From positions 97,130-161,129 of the IMG/VR virus record IMGVR_UViG_3300014325_000010: 64,000 nucleotides of DNA; one strand, given 5' to 3'. This document shows, piece by piece, positions 10,554-22,009 of this stretch; positions within the stretch are counted from its first letter, which is position 1; each line of letters opens with the position of its first letter. Under the pieces are notes generated by a model, which was given only the letters and a program-made list of their open reading frames with translations, was not told the DNA's origin and did not search any database. The DNA is from a virus. The position numbers and the translations under genes are program-made.

Positions 10554-11000
10554 ATGTTAACACCAGAAGATGAAATTTTCCTTAAAGAAATTGGTGATTG
10601 GGAAGGAGATGATCCAGTAGAATTTGGAACTCTGATCATGAATTACTGGGGTAATCTTGATCGTTCTGAAAGAACTTCTCGAGCATACATGTATTTACAT
10701 ATTGGTATGATGGTTGGTACCATGATGAAAATGCGCCGGCATCATATCAATCAGCTCGAAATTTTAAATCAAAAACTTCGTGAGCAAGTCGAAAAACTGG
10801 AACGATTTACGGGACAAAATGTTGATTCTAACGAATGGCGTCTATCTTCCACTAGTTGTCCGGATTGCCATGAACAAACTCTTCAAATCCGGGAACATAT
10901 TCACAAGAATAAATACGTGATGTACGAAGTTGTCTGTTCTCGATTAGAGTGTGGTTATTCACAACACGTGAAAGTTGGAGACGACATCAGTTTTCACTGA
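10554..11000 (+). CDS. hypothetical protein
   Basis: 148-aa ORF. Confidence 0.4.
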   Translation: MLTPEDEIFLKEIGDWEGDDPVEFGTLIMNYWGNLDRSERTSRAYMYLHIGMMVGTMMKMRRHHINQLEILNQKLREQVEKLERFTGQNVDSNEWRLSSTSCPDCHEQTLQIREHIHKNKYVMYEVVCSRLECGYSQHVKVGDDISFH

Positions 11001-12613
11001 AGGGTATACCCCCGTATACCCCAAAAACTACCTTTTACGCTACGCGCGGGGAGGGAAGATGATTCATAGTGTTGCATACAATTTCATTGGACAATTTGTC
11101 ACTGAATTTGATGTCAGTGCAGAAAAACCACCACAGTATATTTCTTGGAAACGAAGATATTTTCATCTAAGTGTCTTCGTATCCGAAGAAGGACACCGTA
11201 TTTACCACGAAATTGAAATTGTAACCATTCCAGACAAATAAGGAGCTGATTAAAATGACTACGTCATTTTAATCAGAAGCATTATGCCAGAAATGATGTG
11301 TAATTCTAAAAAATGTACCAACGGAAAAGTTGATGATCGATTCCGTTTTCAGGAAAATCCAGAAAGATTCCTCCAAGGAACTTGGCAAAAACACGAGTAC
11401 GTTTCTTCCAAACTCGATAAAGTAAATGGTTGGAAAGTAGATGGTATTCGCACACAGGGAGGTTGTCGAGATTCCAGAGCTGACTACCGCACAGTAAGAT
11501 GTCTAAACTGTGGAAGGGTAAGCACATGGGATTTTGCAAAGGATTAATATGGCTCTGTTAATTCGTGCGGATGGTCGAGAAGAAATTGTAAGGCCAGCAA
11601 ATGGCAAGAAATTCACACTCAAAGAACTACAAACTCATGTTGGTGGATATATAGAACTCATGCCCGGAATGCCCTTCCAAATGCTCGTTGATGAGGAAGG
11701 ATCGCTAAAAAGAAAACCGTATAATGCGAAGGCAACGGAAATGGTTCTCAGACTTCTCGAAGGGAAACGATTACGCTACATACCACAACTGGTTGGCGAT
11801 GTCTTGATCCTCGATAACAGCGAACGTATGACTAGTGAGGACTAATGATTATTAAATATCAAGAAAAAGATGAGTGGTTTCTTGCTGTTACAAACAATAA
11901 ACGAGCCTATGGATCTTCCGCTACAGAAGTCACAGTCTTTGATGAATTAGTTACTGTGGAAAGTTTGGCAGAGCTTTGGGCATCCCAACTTGAAGGTGCT
12001 AATTTTCATTCTATGATGTCGCTACCGGAAAATTTCGTTGCAATTTTGCATAAGCATAATGTGCTATCTCCTACAATCAAAGATATACTATTCGAGATAG
12101 TGAACACAGGATGTTGGATACCATGAAATTTTTACTTCTCGGATGAGAAATAATTATGGATCATAAATACTGGAAAGATGGCGACTACGTCAAAGTGACC
12201 CAATTACCTGTTTCGATTGGTTTATTTGATGAGAATCTCGAACAACGAGTTACTCTGATTGGGCATATTGGGATAATTATATCAATTAACCTAGAAACAG
12301 ATCACGATTTAAAAACAACAACGAAATCTGTAGAAGTTGGTTTTCACGGTGGTGACGGATGGGACACGATAGAAAGAGTATTTCAAGTAGATGAATTGAC
12401 CTTTGTGTGCCGACCTATCAAGAAATTTGATATGTGGTACCAATACAATTGTTAAAGTTCAGATTAATTTGATCTTGATTAGATCAAATCAATCTGTTAT
12501 TAGACGCCGTCTAGACCGTAGGTTCTACCGGCTTCCAAAGCCTTCCCGTAGTAAAATACGCCTACGGCGTATACCGCCCGGCGCTAAAAACCATATTTCG
12601 AGAAGGTTAATTC

Positions 12614-14026
12614 ATGCCAATCGCGAAAAAGACCTACCCGACTACAGAAATGGGGGACGCAGAATTCTTCGCAGACATGCACTACGACAACCTAGTCTTT
12701 GATCATCTTGCTGGACGTTGGATGTATTTTGACGGCCAGCACTGGCTCCAGCAAAAGACCGGTGAAATTCACCGGATGATGATCGAAACTATCCGGACTC
12801 GGCAGCAAATTGCCGAAATGACGGAGGATGACGCTTTACTAAAATGGGCAATGAAAGGAGAATCACGAAGCCGACAAAACAACGCCCTCTGGCTCGCTCG
12901 AAACATCAAACCGCTAGCAATTACCGGTGAAAAACTCTGGGATTGGGATTCCTCAGTGTTTGGAGTTTCCAATGGGGTTGTCGATTTACACAGCGGCGAA
13001 CTCCGACACGGACGGCCAAGTGACCATATCACGCGTGTATCTCCTCTCACCTACGACCCAACAATTGACACAACGAACTGGGAAAAATTCGTTCTCGATG
13101 TAAGTAATGGTGACGAGGAGTTAGCCAATTACATGCAATTGATTTTTGGCTACTGCTTGACCGGAGAGGTTAGCGAGCAGATTTTCTGGATTTTCTACGG
13201 CGGCGGAGCGAACGGCAAAAGTACGTTGATTGAAATGATGCTGAAGCGCGTAATGCCCCAGCATTCCTGGACAATTGATTTCCCGGGCGATGACTGGTCT
13301 GCCGCGTTGAGTAACTATGTGCGAGCCCAGTTGGTTGGACGGCGGTTGGTCATTTCGAACGAAACGGAACGCGCCAAACGATTGAGCGCGAAATTAATCA
13401 AGTCATTCACCGGCAGCGATACGATAGCCGCCCGCCACCCATATGGCCGTCCGTTCAACTTCGAACCGGCCGCGAAATTCATTCTCATCGTCAATCACGA
13501 ACCGGTAATCGACGATGATACTTACGCTATGTGGCGTCGTGTTCGAGAGGTTCCCTTCCTTCGTACGTTTCCAGTCAACAAAGATTTCGCACTTAATCTT
13601 CGACGGAATGAAGCCCGAGCGGCTCTGGCATGGGCGGTTCGCGGAGCAATGAAATATTACCGAGAAGGATTTACCACGCCGCAATCCGTAATCACGGCGA
13701 CAAACAACTATCGGAAATCGTTGAACAGCGTGACACGGTTCATCGAGGATAGGTGTGTGATTGATCCGAACGCGCGAGTTGGAGTATTGCCAATGTACCA
13801 AGCATTGAACGCTTGGTACGATGAACGATCTGCGCCACCTCATGAACGAATGACAATGCGAGCGTTTCAGGAACATATGGGTCGGGATGATCGATTCTTT
13901 AAAATGGACGGAAAGGGGCGTGGCGAACAAGGACGACAATTCTATCACGGTATTGGTTTAGGTCCAACGACGGCAATTACGCCGAAACCAACCGAAACAA
14001 GTGGAACTGCAGAAACAACTCATTAA
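12614..14026 (+). CDS. D5/P4-type primase-helicase C-terminal NTPase
   Basis: Walker A GGGANGKST; RBS gaagg. Confidence 0.55.
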   Translation: MPIAKKTYPTTEMGDAEFFADMHYDNLVFDHLAGRWMYFDGQHWLQQKTGEIHRMMIETIRTRQQIAEMTEDDALLKWAMKGESRSRQNNALWLARNIKPLAITGEKLWDWDSSVFGVSNGVVDLHSGELRHGRPSDHITRVSPLTYDPTIDTTNWEKFVLDVSNGDEELANYMQLIFGYCLTGEVSEQIFWIFYGGGANGKSTLIEMMLKRVMPQHSWTIDFPGDDWSAALSNYVRAQLVGRRLVISNETERAKRLSAKLIKSFTGSDTIAARHPYGRPFNFEPAAKFILIVNHEPVIDDDTYAMWRRVREVPFLRTFPVNKDFALNLRRNEARAALAWAVRGAMKYYREGFTTPQSVITATNNYRKSLNSVTRFIEDRCVIDPNARVGVLPMYQALNAWYDERSAPPHERMTMRAFQEHMGRDDRFFKMDGKGRGEQGRQFYHGIGLGPTTAITPKPTETSGTAETTH

Positions 14027-14064
14027 ATAGGGAGAACAAATTCAAAGAATTTGTTCTAAAAATT

Positions 14065-15660
14065 ATGAAAATTGCTATTGCCCGAAAAAAGGTGGAGAAA
14101 TCCCTCGAAAAGTGGCGCCAAAATTTGGTAGTACCATTTGGTGAATCAACACCAGTCTTTGAATTACCAAAAGCAACTGGTTTTGGAAATACCGTCACTC
14201 TTAATACACAAACAACACCCAAATCCTTCCTCACCCACCTCCTCGATGACGAAGATACGCTGACCGAAAAACAGCGAGCCGCGCTTCATCTAGCGATTCA
14301 TGACGCTCCAACGTCTATTGATATGGTTTGCACTAAACCAAATGATGTCCATACGATGGTTTCTGGATTGAAACTAAAGGGCGGTTACAACGCTGAAATC
14401 GAATTAAATGGGCGGTGGTATTTGATAAAAATCACCAGCACCTATCAACCTGCTCGTGAAAGAGCAGAACCATATACCAATATCCAAATGGCAATCCGCA
14501 TTTGTGATATTATGATAACACGAACAGCTGTTGTCACAGAAGAACTATTTCAAGATGATGCAGGTGAGCCAATTGGACTGACTGGTGCTGACATCTTACG
14601 AACATTTGGCCTTCGACGCGTACAACAGAATCTTTTAGACTACGAAGATAAATGTAGTCAAGCACGTCGATTTGTTGATAATGACGGAAAATTGGTTGGA
14701 GTGAAGAATTCCGTTCTCATTCCTGAAAAACAGAATTACTCGCTAAATGTAACCGAAGTAGATCTTGGTACACCAACTTCTATTAAGAAGGCAGTGCTCG
14801 ACCACGAGTTAGAAACTGAGAGAAATCTCACACGTTTAGTAGACGAGTTGTTCCTGCCCTTTGTTCGTGCATTTAGTCTAGATCTAAAGAAATGGGTCTA
14901 CATCGATGTTGAAGACATTACAGAATATGAGTTTGATGCAAATGCATTAAATTGGTTGGTTTTACCACCCAAAGAAAAATCACTACTGAGCAAATTGTTT
15001 ACCTCCGCTCGAGGTAAGATGTTTGGTGACGTACTGACTGATAAACACGGCGGTATGATCATTCTTGCCAACGGGAAAACTGGTGTTGGTAAAACACTTT
15101 CAGCAGAAATATTTGCTGAAATGACGAAAGCGCCACTCTACATCATGGAGATGGCTGAGCTTGGAATAAGCATCGAACATATCGAATATAATCTCAACCT
15201 CATATTCCGTCGGGTGACTCGATGGAATGCCATTTTACTCATGGACGAAGCGGATGTTTTCCTCGCTGAACGGGATACCGATCTGACACGAAGTGTCATC
15301 GTTGGAATTTTCCTTCGATTGATGGATTACTACCACGGCTTACTCTTCCTCACTTCGAATAGAGCCGAAGTGATTGACTCAGCGTTTAAATCGAGGATTA
15401 CGATTCGGATTGACTATCCAGAGCTTGACCAAGCAAGTCGTCGAGAGATTTGGAAAGTAATGTTACATCACGCCGGATTACGACCGATCATATCTGCTGA
15501 TCGAACCGTGAGTCAAGAAAATTTAGATCTGGATGAAATTTCCCAGATTGAACTCAATGGTCGTCAAATTCGAAACATGACTCGGTTAGTCAAAGTTTTG
15601 TTTGATGGCGAAGTAACGACGAAAGATATCGTCGAAACGTGTCAATTTGCGTGCAAATGA
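14065..15660 (+). CDS. AAA+ ATPase
   Basis: Walker A GKTGVGKT; Walker B LLMDEADVF. Confidence 0.6.
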   Translation: MKIAIARKKVEKSLEKWRQNLVVPFGESTPVFELPKATGFGNTVTLNTQTTPKSFLTHLLDDEDTLTEKQRAALHLAIHDAPTSIDMVCTKPNDVHTMVSGLKLKGGYNAEIELNGRWYLIKITSTYQPARERAEPYTNIQMAIRICDIMITRTAVVTEELFQDDAGEPIGLTGADILRTFGLRRVQQNLLDYEDKCSQARRFVDNDGKLVGVKNSVLIPEKQNYSLNVTEVDLGTPTSIKKAVLDHELETERNLTRLVDELFLPFVRAFSLDLKKWVYIDVEDITEYEFDANALNWLVLPPKEKSLLSKLFTSARGKMFGDVLTDKHGGMIILANGKTGVGKTLSAEIFAEMTKAPLYIMEMAELGISIEHIEYNLNLIFRRVTRWNAILLMDEADVFLAERDTDLTRSVIVGIFLRLMDYYHGLLFLTSNRAEVIDSAFKSRITIRIDYPELDQASRREIWKVMLHHAGLRPIISADRTVSQENLDLDEISQIELNGRQIRNMTRLVKVLFDGEVTTKDIVETCQFACK

Positions 15661-15857
15661 GGTCCTTGTGAAATGGCCACGAGGTAAGTACAACGGAGAA
15701 CGTATCGCAGGTTTTGAAATCAAGATCATCTTTGACATCTTTCGGTGGAGGCTTCACTGGCCCAATCTAAAGTATGGTACTTGCTTGTGGCTTGGACCAT
15801 TTCGGATCTTTTTAGCCGCTTCATATCATCAACCAATTTGGCGAGCGAAAGAATCAA

Positions 15858-16214
15858 ATGATACCAAATGAACGAACGGTGAGCATTGAAATTACGGATA
15901 ACGACGTCAAAGAAGCAGTACGTTTGAAGTCATCTGCTTGCTTCTATACAGTAACCATTCTACATGCGTTAGGTGGTGGTTCTGATTCAGGAGAATGGTG
16001 GCTGGCCACTAACTTCACTCTGAAAGACCTTGTCGAAAAAGCAATTGAACAGAAGATTGACTTTACTGGAATTGTTAATCTTGATAATGTTCCAGTTGAA
16101 TCCTCGATGAAATATCTACACGCAATCGGAAAGATCACAGATACAGAGCTGAAGTACTGGTGGCGAGGCGTGAAGAACGGTACTATCGAGCCAGATGGTA
16201 CCATAGTGAAGTGA
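15858..16214 (+). CDS. hypothetical protein
   Basis: 118-aa ORF. Confidence 0.4.
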   Translation: MIPNERTVSIEITDNDVKEAVRLKSSACFYTVTILHALGGGSDSGEWWLATNFTLKDLVEKAIEQKIDFTGIVNLDNVPVESSMKYLHAIGKITDTELKYWWRGVKNGTIEPDGTIVK

Positions 16215-17100
16215 AACTGTTCGCGCGCGGGCCCGCGTAAATAACGCGGGCGAAAAGGCGGATTGAAATGACTAGACCATTTCAATCAGAAGTTAGGAGA
16301 TACTGATGCAACGTCTTTCACTTCATATTTCATCGTGGCGTGGGACTGAAGGAAAAGGCATTACGATTTCAATTCTAGATGCAGTGAACGGTGATTTAAT
16401 CATACATGGAGAAGTAACTCCAGAAAATCTAGGCCAACTATTTATTGGTGGAGGGGCAGAAATTCTTGTTAATCGAGCCTTTCCCAAAAGACTGAAAGGA
16501 AAGTGATGGAAATTCCACCACCCTGTCCATGTGGAAAATCGTGGGATATTCTCTCAAACTTTTCGAATACGATTCGAGAGTTAATCGAGGATATCGTTCA
16601 AGAACATGGTCTTCTCGTTCCTATGAAAGTTTATTCTGGATTAAAATCACGAACATTTATGGTCTCTCGGAGATGCATCGCGTTTCACGGAATTACGGGA
16701 CCACAACTACTTTCGGGTAACTCTGGGTTCGAGGAGATTCCAAATGGGCGTGATAACTAATCGAGAGTTGCAAAAGCATATAAAGAAACTCAACGAAGAA
16801 TTATTGTATACGCTTTCGGATCTAAATGAACTCGAAGGAGTTCTAAAGGATTTGCCTCCTAGCGACATCACTGCAAACACCAGAAAACAACTTCATAAGT
16901 TGAACCAAACTTTAACACTTGTTGGAGATCATATTATCTTGTCTGATCTAGCAGACTATAAGGTGTTCTTAATGCAGAATGAACGTACAAAATTACGCGG
17001 CGACGCTATTTAGACGTTTAACGACGTTTAAAAACGCGGTAAAATACCTTAGCGCGGCGGTAGCGCGGAAGCGTAAATTCTAACTTCGAGAAGGTGGCAA

Positions 17101-17811
17101 ATGACGCTCGATTTAAAAACGTTTGAGTTTGTCTGGTCCTTTGGACTTGGCGGCGAAAAACATCATTCTCGTGAGATGGCAGAAACTCTCGAAGATGCTC
17201 GAACGAACGTCGATCGCAGACTAAACGACCCTCGTGTACTCTGGCTCGAAGCTTTTGAGGTGACACCGGAATTGCTTGCTAAGGAAGCCGCAAAAGAAAA
17301 GACACAGCAAGATGAGATCATTTGGCGATATGCCCAACAGATAACAATCTTCGCGAAAAACCCGCTTCCACATCCCGCCGTTCGCGCCCACCTCGATTGG
17401 ATTCACAAGGTTTACCACACAGATCAATCATTTGAGGAAAAATCACACGAAGAGCAATACCAAGAGGCGATGGATCTTCCAAATCACATTGACCTGATTC
17501 CGTACCTCAATCAACTGCCAGATAACTGTGAGTACGCGATCTACGATCCGGAATCGAGCAGCGTTGTCAATTCGCAAGATCCCAAACCAAGCGAAGATCC
17601 ATTTGCTCTCTTTAGTGAGACCATCGGTTTTTTCCACTGGTTCCAGCGCGACTATTTGGTCGATAAGTTTGGTAATCTATCCGCCGAATATGGGATCGTT
17701 TGGTTAGTTTCGAATCCTCAAACCCAGCAACTTGCGTTGAAATACGAGCTTAACGGGTGTGAAATGAGCGCGGGAATTAACTGCCTCGTCTACCCGAAAC
17801 CAAATCTGTAA
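17101..17811 (+). CDS. hypothetical protein
   Basis: 236-aa ORF. Confidence 0.45.
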   Translation: MTLDLKTFEFVWSFGLGGEKHHSREMAETLEDARTNVDRRLNDPRVLWLEAFEVTPELLAKEAAKEKTQQDEIIWRYAQQITIFAKNPLPHPAVRAHLDWIHKVYHTDQSFEEKSHEEQYQEAMDLPNHIDLIPYLNQLPDNCEYAIYDPESSSVVNSQDPKPSEDPFALFSETIGFFHWFQRDYLVDKFGNLSAEYGIVWLVSNPQTQQLALKYELNGCEMSAGINCLVYPKPNL

Positions 17812-17831
17812 GACCGTAGGAGTCGTGTAAG

Positions 17832-18218
17832 ATGTCAATCGCAGTCACTCATCCAGCAATACCGGTCTATTTAAACCGAGTGAGTGAGGATCCTCTTTCT
17901 CGAATGAGTCTCTCGTACAACTACGCTGGACCAATCGAGTATTTGAAGCAACTTCCTGAGAACGAGTTCTATATCGTTCTGGATCCGCGCTTCTTAAATC
18001 TGCAAAAAGACGAAGACATCGAGTTTGACATTTGGCTGGAGGGCCTCCACGGTTTGGAAGCCAAATGGCATAACGAAAACGCGATTAGCGGGTGCAAGAT
18101 GAGCCTGAATTCAATGACGGATCAACTTGGGCTTTACATCTACCCGCCTTTACTAGAGGAGCAATTCAAACGGCGATTTGAGCTACCGGCACCAGGATTT
18201 TTTGTAATACCAACGTAG
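17832..18218 (+). CDS. hypothetical protein
   Basis: 128-aa ORF. Confidence 0.4.
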   Translation: MSIAVTHPAIPVYLNRVSEDPLSRMSLSYNYAGPIEYLKQLPENEFYIVLDPRFLNLQKDEDIEFDIWLEGLHGLEAKWHNENAISGCKMSLNSMTDQLGLYIYPPLLEEQFKRRFELPAPGFFVIPT

Positions 18219-18434
18219 CACTTGGAAGCAAATGATCTGATCATTTGCTTCCAATGAAACTACGAGCGGGCCTAAGCGCCGGTAAAGGACCTACCCGGTA
18301 GGCCAGTCGTTTCCGCAGAGTTTAGTTACGGGCCACCAGTCCAGGCTGGGCGTCCGCAAAAGATTAGCAGTAGGTTAGGGTAGCCTACGCTAAAAGAACC
18401 GCCCCTGGCGGCAATAGGAGGTACGAGAGATGAA

Positions 18435-20012
18435 ATGAGTATGGAAGAAAGCTTGTTGAGGGAATTCGTCAAGAGTCCGCAATTTCAACGCATCTGTAAA
18501 GAACTGGGGATCACATCAAGCATGGCAAAGTCAATCTCTGCCGAAAGGGCCAAAAAGAAGGCCGACGACGAACTCACACCGGACGACTTTCCAGACACAA
18601 GAATCGAACGGCGCGGGCAGCACATCATCGTGCCCGAACTCATGCCGTACCGTGTCGCGGTCAGTTGGATGGAACGGCACATCGAGCAGGAGGAAACGTA
18701 CACTTCCATCAACGAACCCGTTCATGCGTACCCACTCGAAGGGGCGCACGCGTTCGCGCAAGCGTTGGCCGAGATCTACGGCTTCACGCAGATGGTTCCA
18801 ACGTTCGGGTTCTTCGGCGACAATCCACCGGGAATGATTCGCGTGCAGACCGGCGTGGACACCTTCGTCGAAGTCCCATGGGGAGCCATGATTGTCCCCG
18901 AAATCGAAGGGCGACTTGCCACCGGCGTCACACGTCTCCACGGTCGGCCGGTCTTCCAAATCACCGGGCAAGTCAAGCACAAGCATCTCCACAAGGTCAA
19001 GGAAATCGCGGATCTCACGCGTCGCAACGTCCTCACCAAGTCGATCTACAAGGGCCAGGCGCTCCGGATGAAGTTCCCCGACTATTCGGCGGAGAACTTC
19101 GATCCCAGCACGGACGCACCGAAGTTCGTCGATGTTCGTGACGTGGACACGACGGCGTTGATCTTCGGGAAAACGGTGCAAGACCAGATCGATGTTTCCA
19201 TCTTCACGCCAATCCTCAAAACCGCGCTTTGCAAGGCAAATGGCATACCTCTCAAACGCGGCATTCTTCTCCACGGCAAGTGGGGTGTTGGAAAGACTCT
19301 GACGGCCCACGTCGCCGCGGCGTTGTGTGTGCAAAACGGTTGGACGTTCATCTATCTCGAACAAACCGATCAACTCGCGCGGGCAATCGAGTTCGCGCGG
19401 CCGTACGACGGCGAGGTGATGATTTTTGGTGAAGATTTCGACCGTATCGCCGAAAAGCGAACGGACATTCTCAATCACTTGCTCAATACGATCGATGGTG
19501 TCGACAGCAAGAAGTCGAATATCATGGTCGTACTGACAACGAACGCTCTCGAGAATATCGATGCCAGCAGCTTGCGACCTGGTCGACTGGACGCGATCAT
19601 TGAGGTGACTCCACCCGACGCGGACGCCGCGATTCGTCTGGTTCGGAGGTACGCCGGCAATCTGTTGCCGGTGGACGTTGATCTCGCTGATGTCGGGACA
19701 ACGTTGAATGGCATGATTCCGGCGGTCATCCGAGAGGTGGTCGAACGGTCCAAGCTGGCAGCGATTCATCGGTTGGAAGACGGTGACATGCTCGCGCTCG
19801 AAGCGGACGACTTGCTCATCGCGGCGAAGGGCATGGCGGCACACCTCGAACTCCTCGAACCGGAGGAAGAGGACGAACGAAGCGACTTCGAGAAAGGGAT
19901 GGAGAACGCGGCGGAAATCATTCGCGACGGAATCGCCGACGCGTTGGCTTACGGCAGCAACGGCGAGCACGCCGAGCGGCTCGCTCGTCAACGGGAAGCA
20001 GTGAAGGGATAG
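18435..20012 (+). CDS. AAA-family ATPase (classic AAA with second region of homology)
   Basis: GKWGVGKT, IFGEDFD, TTNALENID...RPGRLD. Confidence 0.65.
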   Translation: MSMEESLLREFVKSPQFQRICKELGITSSMAKSISAERAKKKADDELTPDDFPDTRIERRGQHIIVPELMPYRVAVSWMERHIEQEETYTSINEPVHAYPLEGAHAFAQALAEIYGFTQMVPTFGFFGDNPPGMIRVQTGVDTFVEVPWGAMIVPEIEGRLATGVTRLHGRPVFQITGQVKHKHLHKVKEIADLTRRNVLTKSIYKGQALRMKFPDYSAENFDPSTDAPKFVDVRDVDTTALIFGKTVQDQIDVSIFTPILKTALCKANGIPLKRGILLHGKWGVGKTLTAHVAAALCVQNGWTFIYLEQTDQLARAIEFARPYDGEVMIFGEDFDRIAEKRTDILNHLLNTIDGVDSKKSNIMVVLTTNALENIDASSLRPGRLDAIIEVTPPDADAAIRLVRRYAGNLLPVDVDLADVGTTLNGMIPAVIREVVERSKLAAIHRLEDGDMLALEADDLLIAAKGMAAHLELLEPEEEDERSDFEKGMENAAEIIRDGIADALAYGSNGEHAERLARQREAVKG

Positions 20013-20140
20013 GAGCCGGTTGAACCCAGCCACCGTAAGGTGGCTGGGTTCATTCGGATAGAAACATAGTAAGTCCCACCACCAAACCTGCTAGAACGAC
20101 GGTAGATCGCGGTTAAAAGACGTTTTTAGATTTACCGTCC

Positions 20141-20176
20141 CGTAGTAAAATACCCTTAGCGGCGGGGTTTACTACG
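20141..20176 (+). promoter_or_regulatory. TAAAATAC-loop hairpin copy (9-bp stem cgtagtaaa/tttactacg)
   Basis: The loop is atacccttagcggcgggg. Located about 45 nt upstream of the next ORF. Confidence 0.45.
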
Positions 20177-20441
20177 CGGCTATTATTGGAGTTAATCTTG
20201 GCTGAAAATACCGACAGAGACCTCGCATATATTTCTAACCCGAATTTGTGGGTTCATATTTGGTGCCCGCTAAAACGTTACAAAAATCGTAATTTGGAAA
20301 TTGCCTACATGATAGGCGACGGACCAATTATCCGTCACGGCAATATGTACAACTCAAATCCATCCGATCGGAAGGAACCATTTGAGTCGTATGCTGCGAT
20401 TCTCGAAGCTGGTTGGCGAGTTGATTAAACGAGGTTAAATT

Positions 20442-20828
20442 ATGGACAGACGTGATCGTAATCTGCAGTGGTACAGTTCGTTCAACGAAAAAAAGATGGT
20501 CGTTACCGTCTCAACTGATGAGGACCGAGAAATTCCTGTTCGGTTCGAAGTTTGCGGAACTTGCGAAGGTAAAGGGACCCATGTCCATCCTGGCGTTGAT
20601 TCTCACGGTCTGACTCAATCGGACTTTGATGAAGATCCCGACTTCCGCGAAGACTACTTCCATGGCAAGTACGATGTCGTCTGTAACGAGTGCAAGGGAC
20701 GGCGTGTGGTTCCTGTTCCAGATGAAGAACGGGCGACGGCAGAGGACATCAAATTCGTGAATGACAAAATCGAAGCCGACGGACGCTACGAAGCGGAATG
20801 CGAAGCAGAAAGGAGAATGGGCGCATGA
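20442..20828 (+). CDS. hypothetical zinc-binding protein
   Basis: CGTCEGKG...CNECKGRR. Confidence 0.4.
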   Translation: MDRRDRNLQWYSSFNEKKMVVTVSTDEDREIPVRFEVCGTCEGKGTHVHPGVDSHGLTQSDFDEDPDFREDYFHGKYDVVCNECKGRRVVPVPDEERATAEDIKFVNDKIEADGRYEAECEAERRMGA

Positions 20829-21445
20829 TCGAAGGGGCTCTGTACGAGCGAATTCTACCGGATGGGCGTTGCATCAACGTGATTCCGCTGACTTACCAGC
20901 GAGCACGGCTTGTGATTTCGCTTACAGCGAAATCACCGACATACGAAGACGGATATTGATATCCGTCTGTACCTGCCGCGGTCGTGGCAGCTCAGCGTTG
21001 GGACGGAATTCGAGAACCACTCGAAGGTTGGGTTCGACATCTAAATTCTGGACGACGACGTCCGAACGGTAAACCCGATAGCGAATACATAGCGTGAACA
21101 ATGGATATCACAAATATTGGCTTGGCCGCTGTCACACCCTCGCCAAACGTAGCAAAGGTTATGAGTGACGTCACAGAAGCATTACGTCATCATAGCGGTC
21201 AGATGATGACATCTGAGATGTTAGCCGGACTCATGATGGTCATGATGGGAATGGTTAAGGAGTTGCCATCAGAACAGATGGTATACATGACCTCCATGTC
21301 CTTTGCCAAACTTCTATTTCTGACGTTCAAAGCAGCAGAATGTTCTTGTGACATGATTCCTCTAACTCCTGGTACGGCAAAAGAATCGTGAGGTGACTCT
21401 AATCCAAATAAGAGCAGACGTAAGATAAACCTTTAACCAATAGGA

Positions 21446-22009
21446 GTGTGTATGTCAATCCATATCCAGGTCGAGAGTGACGTCATCGCAAACGCGGTTC
21501 AAAAGGAAAGCCGGCACTGCATGATTGCCGACGCCATCCACAAGAAATATCCGCACTATACCCACATCCAGGTGGATGTGCAATCCATCCGCTTCACAAA
21601 TCCTCGAACCAACCTGCGATACATCTACCTCACGCCGCCGGAAGCACAGAAACAGATCCTGCGATTTGACGCCGGGAAGAAAATTGAACCGTTCTCGGTC
21701 TCGCTGAACGATGTCATCATCAAAGATGCGAAGAAAAAGGCCCGGAGTTCAGCTCACCATGAGCACCCCGGCTCCAAAGCCGCACAACACGTGCAGCAGA
21801 CATTAAGCAATTGGCTGAAGCAATTCGATGAGAATAAGCCGATTGTGATCCCGAAATCCGAAACGTCGGCGCCAGCAGCTTCTCCAATCAAGAAGAAAGC
21901 GCGGAAGAAGGGCAAGTCCAACTACCGCTTCACGAAGACGTTGCCCGCATCGCAGCGGGAGTACGGGTTGAGGAAGTTGGTCGGAAAGAAGATCGATCTG
22001 CACGTGTGA
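21446..22009 (+). CDS. hypothetical protein with basic C-terminus
   Basis: 187-aa ORF. Confidence 0.4.
   Translation: MCMSIHIQVESDVIANAVQKESRHCMIADAIHKKYPHYTHIQVDVQSIRFTNPRTNLRYIYLTPPEAQKQILRFDAGKKIEPFSVSLNDVIIKDAKKKARSSAHHEHPGSKAAQHVQQTLSNWLKQFDENKPIVIPKSETSAPAASPIKKKARKKGKSNYRFTKTLPASQREYGLRKLVGKKIDLHV

Noticed and set aside
13403-13948. 181-aa minus-strand ORF
   Set aside because: Lies inside the primase-helicase gene on the opposite strand.
18531-20033. 500-aa minus-strand ORF
   Set aside because: Antisense shadow of the AAA ATPase gene, which has clear Walker motifs; Arg-rich nonsense composition.
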